Below are positions 30,090 through 39,242 of a DNA stretch of 64,000 nucleotides, one piece after another. The DNA comes from an uncultured Lentimicrobiaceae bacterium (GTDB taxonomy: Bacteria > Bacteroidota > Bacteroidia > Bacteroidales > UBA4417). Where the stretch lies: positions 3,031 to 67,030 of the forward strand of contig CAZJCG010000019.1 in NCBI GenBank assembly GCA_964544545.1. Direction: 5' to 3'. The notes under the pieces are model-generated. The model searched no databases, was not told where the DNA came from, and saw nothing but the letters and a program-made list of their open reading frames with translations. A program made the translations under genes and the position numbers. Within the stretch, counting starts at the first letter, position 1. Each line of letters starts with the position of its first letter.

Positions 30090-31394
30090 GTGCTGATGCG
30101 TTAAAATTTAGGTGTTAAATAAATCGTATTGTTCTTTGACATTTTGATTGAATTGATCTTCTGTTAATAGGTCTTTTAGCGGTGTTTTATCAAAAGCTGA
30201 GACTCCCAATATTTGGATGATCTCGTAAATTGACAACGAGCTCTGTAGTTGGTATTTCACGTATGCAATTATCAAATAGGTACAAATGGCTACCCAGATA
30301 TGTAGATTTACTGCATTTTCTGAGTGTCCCCAGAGCCTTTTGATTGTCAGATTTTGCTTGATCCATTTAAAGAACACTTCTATTTGCCAGCGGTTACGAT
30401 ACAGACGAGCAATCTCAAGTGCGGATACTTCGAAGTTATTAGTGAGAAAGACAAGTTCGATATCTTTTTCATCATCATAATATTCCACTAACCTGAGCGG
30501 CTCCGGATATAAACGCTTAGACTTTGGTCCAGCAAGGTTGATGGTCTTATCACTCCTTAATCCGGTGGTTTCATCGAGATTGTAGTTCTGCTCTACCACT
30601 TCATAATCCAAGGTTACTTTTGCTCGAGTAACGAAGAATGAGTCGGCTTTGTGCATTCTATACAGAGGCACAAAGTCGATGTAAGCTTTATCCATCAGGT
30701 AAATTGCTCCTGGAATAGGAATAATTTCATCCAAGATATTGCTATCATGGTACTTGCCATCGGTGATAAGGATAAAGGCCGGGATACTTCCCCTTAAATC
30801 AAGAAGTGTATGGACCTTTATAGCTCCTCTTGAGTATTTCCCCGGTGCCCAGCTGAATAACTTAAGACTTAAGGAAATTGTGGTCGAATCCAAGGCAAAC
30901 ACATCATTATCAATGTCAAGATTGGGTATTGGGCTGTTGATGTAGAGTGGCCTGACCAAATTTATGAGATACTCTCCAAAATCCGCGAAAATCCTCCAGT
31001 CTCTTTTCTCATTAGCCCGGGACAACGTTGACTGATTGACATTTTGTTTTATCCCAAGATGATAAAGCTTGTTCCGATGAGCTCTAAGACAGACACAAAT
31101 ATCGCGAAGAGAGTTTCGTGCAGTAAGTTGACCGAAAAATAACTGGACAAATTGATTCCAACAGTTTAACTCTCGAACCCGGTGGTTTCCTTTGTACCTA
31201 GTCACACACTTATCGAACTCATAATTGTTAATCACTTGGACCAGTTGAGCAAAGACGTATTTGCCTGAATTCATAGTTCTGTACTTAAGTGCACAAATCT
31301 ACTCGTCAATTCAAATCAAAAAATCAAAGAACGTTACTATAGTATTCTATGTCAATGTCTTACATAGTCTTCTAGAAAGTTAACGCATCAGTAG
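30090..31394 (-). mobile_element. IS4-family insertion sequence, apparently intact (~1.3 kb)
   Basis: Terminal inverted repeats GTGCTGATGCGTTAA (30090..) and TTAACGCATCAGTAG (..31394) match at 13/15 positions. There is a single DDE transposase ORF and a 13-bp direct repeat on both sides. The element is visibly more AT-rich than its flanks. Confidence 0.85.
30108..31274 (-). CDS. IS4-family DDE transposase
   Basis: 388 aa. N-terminal DUF4372-like segment (MNSGKYVFAQLVQVINNYEFDKCV). DDE_Tnp_1-like core (ALDSTTISL, YLMDKAYIDF, YRNRWQIEVFFKWIKQ). Confidence 0.9.
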   Translation of the reverse strand: MNSGKYVFAQLVQVINNYEFDKCVTRYKGNHRVRELNCWNQFVQLFFGQLTARNSLRDICVCLRAHRNKLYHLGIKQNVNQSTLSRANEKRDWRIFADFGEYLINLVRPLYINSPIPNLDIDNDVFALDSTTISLSLKLFSWAPGKYSRGAIKVHTLLDLRGSIPAFILITDGKYHDSNILDEIIPIPGAIYLMDKAYIDFVPLYRMHKADSFFVTRAKVTLDYEVVEQNYNLDETTGLRSDKTINLAGPKSKRLYPEPLRLVEYYDDEKDIELVFLTNNFEVSALEIARLYRNRWQIEVFFKWIKQNLTIKRLWGHSENAVNLHIWVAICTYLIIAYVKYQLQSSLSIYEIIQILGVSAFDKTPLKDLLTEDQFNQNVKEQYDLFNT

Positions 31395-31407
31395 TAAGCG
31401 GGATTTA
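31395..31407. repeat. Target-site duplication, right copy (TAAGCGGGATTTA)
   Basis: Identical to 30077..30089. Confidence 0.8.
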
Positions 31408-31460
31408 CCAATATGTTCTTTTCAATCAAACAACCTATCTTTGCATGTAAATATATAGAT

Positions 31461-32132
31461 ATGGCAAATAAGATCATGGACCCTATTGGAAAGCTGATGG
31501 GATTACGGTACAAATCCCATCCCTGGCACGGGGTTGAAGTTGGCGATCAGGCGCCTGCCTGCGTTACTGCATTCATCGAAATGGTATCAACTGATACGGT
31601 TAAATACGAAGTTGATAAGGTCAGCGGGTATCTCCGCCTGGACCGCCCGCAGAAATATTCCAATGTAGTCCCGGCTATGTATGGCTTCATCCCTCAGACT
31701 TTCAGCGGGAACCGCGTTGCTGAATTCTGCATGGAAAAAAGCGGCCGAAAGGACATCAAGGGCGACGGGGACCCGGTGGATGTCTGCGTGCTGACCGAAA
31801 AAGTGATCTCGCACGGTGATATTCTCGTTCAGGCTATACCCATCGGAGGATTCAGGATGATCGACGGGAACGAATCGGACGATAAGATCATTTGCGTGCT
31901 TCGTGATGATGCTGTGTACGGGGATTACAAAGACATCTCCGACTGTCCTGACATGGTTGTTGACCGACTGAAGCATTATTTTCTTACTTATAAGGATCTC
32001 CCGGGATTGGACCTGTTTGTAGAGATCACCCATATCTTTGGTAAAGAAGAAGCGCATGAGATTATCCTCCGCTCCATGGATGATTACCGGCAGCGTTTTG
32101 AGAACCTGGAACTGATGCTCAGGGAGGTTTGA
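31461..32132 (+). CDS. ppa: Family I inorganic pyrophosphatase
   Basis: The ORF starts at 31413; ATG 31461 (MANKIMDPIG) is preferred because a TATCTTTG -7 box lies at 31436..31443. Motifs HPWHG, YGFIPQT and DGDPVDVCVL. Confidence 0.85.
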   Translation: MANKIMDPIGKLMGLRYKSHPWHGVEVGDQAPACVTAFIEMVSTDTVKYEVDKVSGYLRLDRPQKYSNVVPAMYGFIPQTFSGNRVAEFCMEKSGRKDIKGDGDPVDVCVLTEKVISHGDILVQAIPIGGFRMIDGNESDDKIICVLRDDAVYGDYKDISDCPDMVVDRLKHYFLTYKDLPGLDLFVEITHIFGKEEAHEIILRSMDDYRQRFENLELMLREV

Positions 32133-32260
32133 AGGATTCCTGTTCAGATATACGAAAAGTGGATGAAGAGCGTTTAAGCTTTCAGACGGGAATTATTGCT
32201 ATTTTAGCAACCTGAAAGCCCTGCCGTTCCCTTAACCGGTATCCGAATCCACCTATCAGC

Positions 32261-33541
32261 ATGCGAATTAAGAGTCTCATTTTTGCTGTCACCTTCTGTT
32301 TTCTTACGTTATCAGCTTTGTCGTCCATGGCCCAGAGGTTCTATGTAGAAACCTGGACCGGAACGTTCGATTTCTGCCCGGATGCCACACAGGCTGTTCC
32401 CGTCAATGTTAAGAACATGATCGGTGTCGACTCGTTCAACCTGGTTTTAAATTATGATCCCCAGGTGATCTCCTATGAGTCCTATTATCTTATGAATGCC
32501 GGACTCAACGGCGGAAATTTCACGGTGAACACCCTTCCCGGACAGGTGACGATTAATTGGTACAGGAACAATGAAACTACGTTGTTTCTCGACACTCTCG
32601 TAATATTAAAATTCAAGGGAATTTCCGGTCAAACCGACCTCGAATGGGACCAGAGCAATCCCGGAAACTGCATCTATCATAGCGGCGACAGCCTGATGTC
32701 GGCCGTTTTTACCGATGGCTTAGCCAGGGTGACTCCTGTAATGCATTTGACGTTGAAGGAAATCGATCCCACCTGTACCGGTAAATGTGTTGCCAACTAC
32801 ATGGCCAATATCACAGGAGGTGTGCCGCCTTATTCCTTCCTTTGGAACGATCGACCCGGAAGGTTTGACTCCATCCAGACAGATCTATGCGACGGCCCTA
32901 ACATCATCCGCATCACCGACCAAAACGGCTGCAACCTCGACAGCACCTTCCAGATCGAAGGATTGCCTGGGGCCAAGGTAAACCTGAAGATTGAATGCGA
33001 AGGCGATACTACAACCGTGCTCTATCGCGAAAATCCAATCCTGACATTCAGTTTTGAAGAAATCAGTCCTACCCATGTGCTCGAACCGCCTCTTTGGGAA
33101 TTCGGCGACGGTGATACTGCCAGGTCGTTCAATCCGACACACCTGTATGAGGGTGCGGACGCAAACCTCGACGGGTTTTATTTATTGAAGCTGCACGTGA
33201 AAAACCAGAACGGCTGCGATACAATCATCACACAGCGAATACCCATCAAGGATCAGAAACTCAAGATATCCAATGTGATCATCCCGAATTCAGCTACTCC
33301 CGAAAACAGAGTGTTTACAATTTTCGATGAAAACGGGAACCTGCTTGATAACGAGTATGTACGTTTCGAGGTGTACATTTTTGACCGCTGGGGCAGAAGG
33401 TTATACAGCAGTTCGGATTATAAAAACGACTGGAGCCCCTCCGGGGCTCCTGACGGGGTCTATTATTACGTCGTTAAGACAATAGGCTACTTCCACGAAG
33501 ATAAATACAAGGGTTCCATTACCATCCTCGGAGGTAATTAA
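32261..33541 (+). CDS. Secreted protein: cohesin-like module, SprB-type repeat, PKD domain, T9SS type B (CHU_C) C-terminal domain
   Basis: 426 aa with a signal peptide. Cohesin-like FNLVLNYDPQVISYES. SprB-like CTGKCVANYMANITGGVPPYSFLWND. PKD WEFGDGDTARSFNPTHLY. C-terminus VYIFDRWGRRLYSSSDYKNDWSPSGAPDGVYYYVV. Confidence 0.75.
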   Translation: MRIKSLIFAVTFCFLTLSALSSMAQRFYVETWTGTFDFCPDATQAVPVNVKNMIGVDSFNLVLNYDPQVISYESYYLMNAGLNGGNFTVNTLPGQVTINWYRNNETTLFLDTLVILKFKGISGQTDLEWDQSNPGNCIYHSGDSLMSAVFTDGLARVTPVMHLTLKEIDPTCTGKCVANYMANITGGVPPYSFLWNDRPGRFDSIQTDLCDGPNIIRITDQNGCNLDSTFQIEGLPGAKVNLKIECEGDTTTVLYRENPILTFSFEEISPTHVLEPPLWEFGDGDTARSFNPTHLYEGADANLDGFYLLKLHVKNQNGCDTIITQRIPIKDQKLKISNVIIPNSATPENRVFTIFDENGNLLDNEYVRFEVYIFDRWGRRLYSSSDYKNDWSPSGAPDGVYYYVVKTIGYFHEDKYKGSITILGGN

Positions 33542-33573
33542 ACAGGATCAAACCGTCCGGACCGAAACAGCTT

Positions 33574-33831
33574 TTATTTCAGAAAGATCATTTTCTGTAC
33601 ATCGAGCTCATCGATGGTCAGAAGTTCATTCTCAAGCCGCTGGCATTCAGCCGGATCGCCGGATAATTCCAGAAGGATAAGCCCGGAATCTGTAGCATAC
33701 CCGGTTTCCTGGTTATGCAGGCCAAGCCGCGTCCGAATTGAGCAACCGTATTTGGTGAGGATCGGCTGGATGCGTGAGGCATCCTTCACCCGGTCATTCA
33801 CATAAACTCCAAGTACTCGAACTTCTTTCAT
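33574..33831 (-). CDS. TM1266-like ACT-fold protein (putative iron-only hydrogenase system regulator), copy 2
   Basis: The ORF opens with TTG at 33852; ATG 33831 (MKEVRVLGVYVNDRVKDASRIQPILTKYGCSIRTRLGLH) is preferred. It is paralogous to the adjacent 85-aa ORF. Confidence 0.65.
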   Translation of the reverse strand: MKEVRVLGVYVNDRVKDASRIQPILTKYGCSIRTRLGLHNQETGYATDSGLILLELSGDPAECQRLENELLTIDELDVQKMIFLK

Positions 33832-33841
33832 GGCTTTCGGA

Positions 33842-34099
33842 TTAATAAACAAATGACATCACCTGGACTTCCAGACCTTCGATCTGCCTGAGTTCTGCTT
33901 CGAAAGCTTCCCATTCCTGTCTGGTGCCGGTTAAATGAAGGATGATAATGCCGGCCCTGCTGCAAACATTATCGCTCAGCTCATGAAAACCCAGCCTGGA
34001 CCTGATCAGCTTCGAATAGTCAGTGAGTACCTGTTGTGTACGACCGGCTTCCTTGATCCTGTCGGATATGAGCAAACCTACAATACGGGTTTCAGTCAT
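33842..34099 (-). CDS. TM1266-like ACT-fold protein (putative iron-only hydrogenase system regulator), copy 1
   Basis: 85 aa (RIVGLLISDRIKEAGRTQQVLTDYSKLIRSRLGFHE). It lies 20 nt downstream of hydG, the usual context for this family. Confidence 0.65.
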   Translation of the reverse strand: MTETRIVGLLISDRIKEAGRTQQVLTDYSKLIRSRLGFHELSDNVCSRAGIIILHLTGTRQEWEAFEAELRQIEGLEVQVMSFVY

Positions 34100-34119
34100 A
34101 TTTGTTAACTAAAAGGTTA

Positions 34120-35556
34120 TCAGAAATATAAATCTCTTTCTCCCGCCTTGATACGCTCGATCCTTCGGCGGATCTCAGGTACGTTGACCTTCTCATGGAC
34201 TGTCTCCAGTTCGGTGAGGTTCTTTTCGATGGCTTCGTACCCTTTTGCCTTGGTTTCGTTCGGCGCATAGTCTTCCAGATACTCAGTCAATGTCAGTATT
34301 GCATTGGGGGAACAATAACGTTTAATAAAGCCAGGCACCGAGAACTCCATGAAATGCTCGCCGGTCCTGCCAAGCCTGTAGCAAGCCGTGCAGAAAGAAG
34401 GCACATAGCCATCCACCAGCAACTCATCAATGATCTCGTTCAGCGAGCGGGAATCACCGACGTGGAACTGCTCACGGTTCAGGTTCTGCTGTTCATTTAC
34501 GCTCTCCGTATAACTGCCGATCTCCAGCTTGGTACCGCCGTCAATCTGCGAAACGCCGAACCGCATCACTTCATGACGGACTGACGGATTTTCGCGGGCC
34601 GTAAGGATCATTCCAGTGTATGGTACTGCAAGGCGCAGGATGGCGACAAGCTTGGTGAAATCTTTATCCGAAACACGGTACTTACCGTCGAAATTCAATG
34701 CAGATGCTTCCTGTACCCTGGGGAAAGAGATGGTATGCGGTCCTACATTGTAACAAGCCTCCAGGTGATTGGTGTGCCGGATAAGCCCCATAACTTCAAA
34801 CCGCCAGTCGTAAAGTCCGAATAATGCTCCGATACCCACATCATCTATTCCGGCTTCCTGTGCACGGTCGAGGGAGGTGAGCCGGTATTCAAAGTTTCGT
34901 TTCATGCCGCCCAAATGGTAATGACGATACGATTCGGGATGATATGTTTCCTGGAAGATCTGGTAGGTGCCGATGTGGGCATCTTTTACGATACGGAAGC
35001 CTTCTATGTCGAGCGGAGCAGCATTGATATTCACCCTCCGGATCTCTCCGTGTCCTTTCTTAACACCGTAAACCACCTTGGCAGTGTGGGCAATGAATTC
35101 AGGAGAATAATCGGGGTGCTCGCCATAAACAAGGATGAGCCTCTTCTGGCCGTTGTCCTCCAACGCTTCCACTTCTTTTATCAAAGCATAGTCGTCGAGC
35201 GTATTTCGTACAGCTTCTTTGTTCGAAGCCTTGAATCCGCAATAGCTGCAGTTGTTCGTGCATTTGTTGCCAATATACAGAGGAGCAAAGAGTACAATAC
35301 GGTTTCCGTAAATGCGTTCCTTGAGCTCACGGGCGCCTTGCAGAATCTCCTCTACAAGATCCGGATCGGTCGCGTTAATAAGGGTAGCTGTCTCCTTAAG
35401 CGTGAGACGGTTTTTATCCAACGATTTAGCTATCACCTCCCTGACCTGTGCACGGTCGGGCTTGGTGGTATTCAAAATATCCCAGATCTCATCGGCATCG
35501 ATGAAAGGTTTCATTCGCTGATCCGGAATTTTACAAACTTCAGGTGAGAAAATCAT
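34120..35556 (-). CDS. hydG: [FeFe]-hydrogenase H-cluster maturase HydG (radical SAM tyrosine lyase)
   Basis: 478 aa with the radical SAM motif CTNNCSYC. The C-terminal auxiliary-cluster motif CTAC-x22-C (CX2CX22C) and the length distinguish it from ThiH. Confidence 0.85.
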   Translation of the reverse strand: MIFSPEVCKIPDQRMKPFIDADEIWDILNTTKPDRAQVREVIAKSLDKNRLTLKETATLINATDPDLVEEILQGARELKERIYGNRIVLFAPLYIGNKCTNNCSYCGFKASNKEAVRNTLDDYALIKEVEALEDNGQKRLILVYGEHPDYSPEFIAHTAKVVYGVKKGHGEIRRVNINAAPLDIEGFRIVKDAHIGTYQIFQETYHPESYRHYHLGGMKRNFEYRLTSLDRAQEAGIDDVGIGALFGLYDWRFEVMGLIRHTNHLEACYNVGPHTISFPRVQEASALNFDGKYRVSDKDFTKLVAILRLAVPYTGMILTARENPSVRHEVMRFGVSQIDGGTKLEIGSYTESVNEQQNLNREQFHVGDSRSLNEIIDELLVDGYVPSFCTACYRLGRTGEHFMEFSVPGFIKRYCSPNAILTLTEYLEDYAPNETKAKGYEAIEKNLTELETVHEKVNVPEIRRRIERIKAGERDLYF

Positions 35557-35587
35557 GGCAGTACGTTTATAGATGCTAATTATCGGA

Positions 35588-35595
35588 CAAAATTA
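35588..35595 (-). promoter_or_regulatory. -7 box candidate (TAATTTTG on the minus strand) upstream of hydG
   Basis: The plus strand reads CAAAATTA, an exact TAnnTTTG on the coding strand, 32 nt upstream of the ATG at 35556. Confidence 0.35.
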
Positions 35596-35700
35596 CATGT
35601 TTTTAATCCAATTTCGGCATCGCATTACTTAAATTTACAAGCAATTTGTTGAAATGATAGTAACCATCTGAATTTTATATACTTATATTCGTTTCTGATT

Positions 35701-36483
35701 TCAAAGTTCGATCTGAAGGCCATCATAGGCCAGATGGACGTTGGGCGGGAGTTTACTCTCCACGATCTCATACTTACCCAGAAAATGGCTTATATGCGTC
35801 AGATAGGCTCTTTCAGGCGACAGTTTATCAATGACTTCCAGTGCTTCGCTGAGTGAATAATGGGATACATGCCGGGAGTTCCGCAAAGCATTCAACACGA
35901 TGACTTTCGATCCGCGGATCAGTTCCATCTGATCATCTGCAATAAAATTGGCGTCGGTGATATAGGTGAAATCCCTGATGCGGAAACCGAAAACTCTCAT
36001 GTCCTGGTGCATTACCTGGATCGGCGTAAATTCCATGGCCCCGATCCGGAAAGGTCGTGAATCGAACTGATGGATCGTAAGCTGGGGAAGCCCAAAATAG
36101 CGGCCGGGTGCGAAAATGTAAGGGAACTGATCTTTAATCGAAGCAAGCGTTTCGGCAGAGCCGTATATGTCGATCGTTTTGTTCAGAATATAATTGAAGG
36201 CCCTGATGTCGTCCAGGCCGGCGACATGGTCACGATGGGCATGCGTGAATAGCAGGGCATCGATATTATCAACCCGGTGACGGAGCATTTGTATCCGGAA
36301 ATCCGGACCACAATCGAACACCACGTTCGAGTCTCCCATCGTCAACATGGCTGATGTACGGAAACGCTTGTCCCTGGTATCCAGGCTCTGACAGACTTCG
36401 CAATTGCAAGCGATAACCGGTACTCCCGTTGATGTTCCGGTACCGAGGAATGTCAGGCGCATTTGAGGTGATATGGTACTCAT
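35701..36483 (-). CDS. MBL-fold metallo-hydrolase
   Basis: 260 aa with the HxHxDH motif (THAHRDHVAGL) and N-terminal FLGTGTSTGVP. Substrate unknown. Confidence 0.75.
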   Translation of the reverse strand: MSTISPQMRLTFLGTGTSTGVPVIACNCEVCQSLDTRDKRFRTSAMLTMGDSNVVFDCGPDFRIQMLRHRVDNIDALLFTHAHRDHVAGLDDIRAFNYILNKTIDIYGSAETLASIKDQFPYIFAPGRYFGLPQLTIHQFDSRPFRIGAMEFTPIQVMHQDMRVFGFRIRDFTYITDANFIADDQMELIRGSKVIVLNALRNSRHVSHYSLSEALEVIDKLSPERAYLTHISHFLGKYEIVESKLPPNVHLAYDGLQIEL

Positions 36484-36492
36484 CGAATTCGT

Positions 36493-37440
36493 TTAATAAA
36501 TCAGTTCTTCCACTACTTTCTTGTCGAACAGCAGTTGCTCCCGTAACTGCGCCATGTCGGCAAATGTCTTTTCATCCCGGAGACGTTTTGCAAAGTAAAT
36601 CATCGCATCTTCTCCAGGTTTTAGGGGGCCGTCCTCACAGGGAATAAACTCAATCGCAATATCCTCCACCCTGCGATCCACTCCATACCGGCTGTTCTTT
36701 ATATTCAGAATACCTTTCGACGACAACCCGGCCGTTTCTATACGGACCGCATAAACACCGTCAGGCGGAATCAGCTTGCATTCTTCTTCAATGCCAATAC
36801 CGAATGCAGGAAAGTCCGAATCTGTCAGTCCGGAACTGCCAGGCCTGGTATTACCGGCCATAAAATAATGGTGATCAAGATAAGCATTGGCCCGTTGAAT
36901 ACGTCCTTCCTGCAAAGCTTTACGAATCAGTGTCGAGCTGACCGTTTCGTTATGGATATCCTGCTCCGGGATCTCTTCAACAGTAAATCCGTAATACTTT
37001 CCCAGCTCTTCCAGGTATTCGAAGTTTCCTTCCCTGTTAAACCCAAACTGATGGTTGAATCCGATAACGATTTTCTTTGCATGCAGTTTACTAACGAGTA
37101 TATTCCGGATAAAATCGATGGAAGTGGTCCTGGAAAACTCAAGCGTAAAGGTCAGGATGATAAGATTATGCAGGCCTGTTTTCCGTAAGAGTTCTATTTT
37201 CTCCCGCTGTGAATTGATGAGGTAGAGTTCTTTGCCGGCAGTGTCAGGATAAAGCACTTTCCGCGGGTGAGGATTGAAAGTGATCAGCACACTTTCACCT
37301 TCCATGTCCCGGGCCAGCCGGTTGATCCGGTTGATGATGGCCTTATGACCCACATGCACTCCGTCGAACGATCCTGTAGTGACCACAGGATTCGGTATCG
37401 CCGTCAGGCCTTCCAGATCATAAAACACCCTCATAACCAC
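36493..37440 (-). CDS. ribF: Bifunctional riboflavin kinase / FAD synthetase
   Basis: 315 aa with an N-terminal nucleotidyltransferase (GSFDGVHVGHKAII) and a C-terminal riboflavin kinase domain. Confidence 0.85.
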   Translation of the reverse strand: MVMRVFYDLEGLTAIPNPVVTTGSFDGVHVGHKAIINRINRLARDMEGESVLITFNPHPRKVLYPDTAGKELYLINSQREKIELLRKTGLHNLIILTFTLEFSRTTSIDFIRNILVSKLHAKKIVIGFNHQFGFNREGNFEYLEELGKYYGFTVEEIPEQDIHNETVSSTLIRKALQEGRIQRANAYLDHHYFMAGNTRPGSSGLTDSDFPAFGIGIEEECKLIPPDGVYAVRIETAGLSSKGILNIKNSRYGVDRRVEDIAIEFIPCEDGPLKPGEDAMIYFAKRLRDEKTFADMAQLREQLLFDKKVVEELIY

Positions 37441-37461
37441 ATATCCTTTCCAGTGTCCCGG

Positions 37462-38082
37462 TTATACTTTCTTGACAAAGTATGCCAGTTTCTCAAGGGA
37501 GGTAATGATATCGTATTCTTCCAGATACACATTGGAAGGAACGTTGATCGGCTTGGGCGTAAAGTTGAGAATGCCTTTGATCCCCGCCATTACCAGTTTA
37601 TCTGCAACAAAGTTGGTCTCCGCAGCGGGTACGGTGATCACGGCAATGCTGATATTTTCCTTCTGAATGATCTCTGCCATCCGGTCGAAATTGTAACACC
37701 AGACGCCCGCATAGGCTCGGTCGATCTTGTCAGGATTGATATCAAAGCCGGCCACAATCGACAACTTAGTCCTCTTACCACTAAAGTATCCAATGATTGA
37801 CCTTCCGAGATTTCCAATCCCGATAACGGCAACCCGCTGACCATCTTTGCTATCAATGATCTTCCCGATGATGTCGATCAGCTCTTTTACATCATATCCC
37901 TGCCTTAATGTTCCCGAGTAGCCGATCAGCATAATATCACGACGTACCTGGACAGAAGTAATGTGTAACAAGGCAGCCAGTTCATGGGAAAATATGTGAT
38001 GCTTTCCGGTCCCCAGGGCAATAAGCAAGGTGCGCCGGTACTGACTGAGTCGTTCAACTGTTTTGTCCGGGAGTTTTTTCAT
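37462..38082 (-). CDS. rex: Redox-sensing transcriptional repressor Rex
   Basis: 206 aa with an N-terminal winged helix (TVERLSQYRRTLL) and a Rossmann fold with VAVIGIGNLGRS. Confidence 0.85.
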   Translation of the reverse strand: MKKLPDKTVERLSQYRRTLLIALGTGKHHIFSHELAALLHITSVQVRRDIMLIGYSGTLRQGYDVKELIDIIGKIIDSKDGQRVAVIGIGNLGRSIIGYFSGKRTKLSIVAGFDINPDKIDRAYAGVWCYNFDRMAEIIQKENISIAVITVPAAETNFVADKLVMAGIKGILNFTPKPINVPSNVYLEEYDIITSLEKLAYFVKKV

Positions 38083-38115
38083 GTGCGATTTTTTTGATGG
38101 TTAATTTACGATTCC

Positions 38116-39240
38116 CTATTCCGGATTTGCCAGCAGGATGACAAACGTGCTCCCTTTTTCCGGGGTACTTTGAACTTCGATGGAACCATGGTACATGTCG
38201 ACAATCTTCTTTACGATCGATAAGCCAAGCCCGCTGCCGGTGATATTCCTGGTATTCGGATTTTTTAGCCGGACAAAATCATCGAATATTCTGTGCTTGT
38301 CTTCAGCCGACATACCGATCCCGGTATCCGAAACAGAGATGCGTATGGCTTCGGGTAGTTTTTCAAGGAAGATGTCCACCCTGCCTCCGGTTCTGTTATA
38401 CTTCACAGCATTAGAGATCAGGTTGTTCATGATGATCTCAATCTCCCCGGGGTCTGCTTTCATCCAGATGGATTCCTTATTGTTCAGGTAGAGATCTACA
38501 TCTTTCTGTATGGCATAGGGCCTTGAGGTATCGATCGAAAGCTGGGCTATCTTCCTGACATCGACCTGCTGCAGCTTCTGTGTTGGTTTTCCTGATTCTA
38601 TCTTGGTCAGATCCAGCAGATCCAGTATGAGGGTACGCATGCCCTTGATCCTTTCCAGAGCGCGGTCGATCATCTCATCATAAGGTTCGATCCGTTCGCC
38701 CAGCTGACGTTCCTGTATGATCTTCAGATAACCTTCAATAGCATTGAGCGGAGCTTTCAACTCGTGCGAGAGCACAGAAAGGAACTGAAACCTGATCTGC
38801 TTTCCCGTGCTGTTAAGCGTCTGCGTCATGCGCTTCAGGAAGATCTGTTTCGTGATATTTTCGATGGAAGCCCGGATCTCCTGGGGAGTAAAGGGCTTGG
38901 GAATAAAATCGAATGCCCCGTCGCGTGTGGCTTTCACAGCCAGTTCGAGGGAGGCATAGGAAGTGATCATTACTACAACGATGTCATAGTGTTTGTTTTT
39001 CACATATTCCAGCACCTCAACACCTTGAATATCCGGCAGTTTATTATCCAGCAGCAGAATATCGGGTTGTTCACTGTCAACCAGTTCAATTCCTTCCGCT
39101 CCCGTTCCGGCTTCCAGAACCTCAAAATCGATCTGTTCATCCATGAACGGATAGTCCACCCGGAAATTTTGCAGGATTCTCCGGGTTCCGTCCCGGATCC
39201 CCTGCTCATCATCAACAATCAGCACTTTAAACGTTGCCAT
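38116..39240 (-). CDS. Hybrid receiver-histidine kinase (REC-HisKA-HATPase_c)
   Basis: 374 aa. Receiver domain (VLIVDDE...ILLLDNKLPD). H-box SVLSHELKAPLNAIEGY. ATPase motifs DTGIGM and GSGLGLSIV. Confidence 0.85.
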   Translation of the reverse strand: MATFKVLIVDDEQGIRDGTRRILQNFRVDYPFMDEQIDFEVLEAGTGAEGIELVDSEQPDILLLDNKLPDIQGVEVLEYVKNKHYDIVVVMITSYASLELAVKATRDGAFDFIPKPFTPQEIRASIENITKQIFLKRMTQTLNSTGKQIRFQFLSVLSHELKAPLNAIEGYLKIIQERQLGERIEPYDEMIDRALERIKGMRTLILDLLDLTKIESGKPTQKLQQVDVRKIAQLSIDTSRPYAIQKDVDLYLNNKESIWMKADPGEIEIIMNNLISNAVKYNRTGGRVDIFLEKLPEAIRISVSDTGIGMSAEDKHRIFDDFVRLKNPNTRNITGSGLGLSIVKKIVDMYHGSIEVQSTPEKGSTFVILLANPE

Positions 39241-39242
39241 TC

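Noticed and set aside
34120-35556. Alternative call of ThiH (thiamine biosynthesis) instead of HydG
   Set aside because: The length (478 aa), the C-terminal CX2CX22C auxiliary-cluster motif, and the adjacency to TM1266-like genes and a hydrogenase locus all favour HydG.
35600-35660. Possible Rex box upstream of hydG (TTGTTGAAATGATAGTAACCA region)
   Set aside because: Only the left half resembles the consensus and the right half does not form the inverted repeat. It is weaker than the candidate at 45965..45982.
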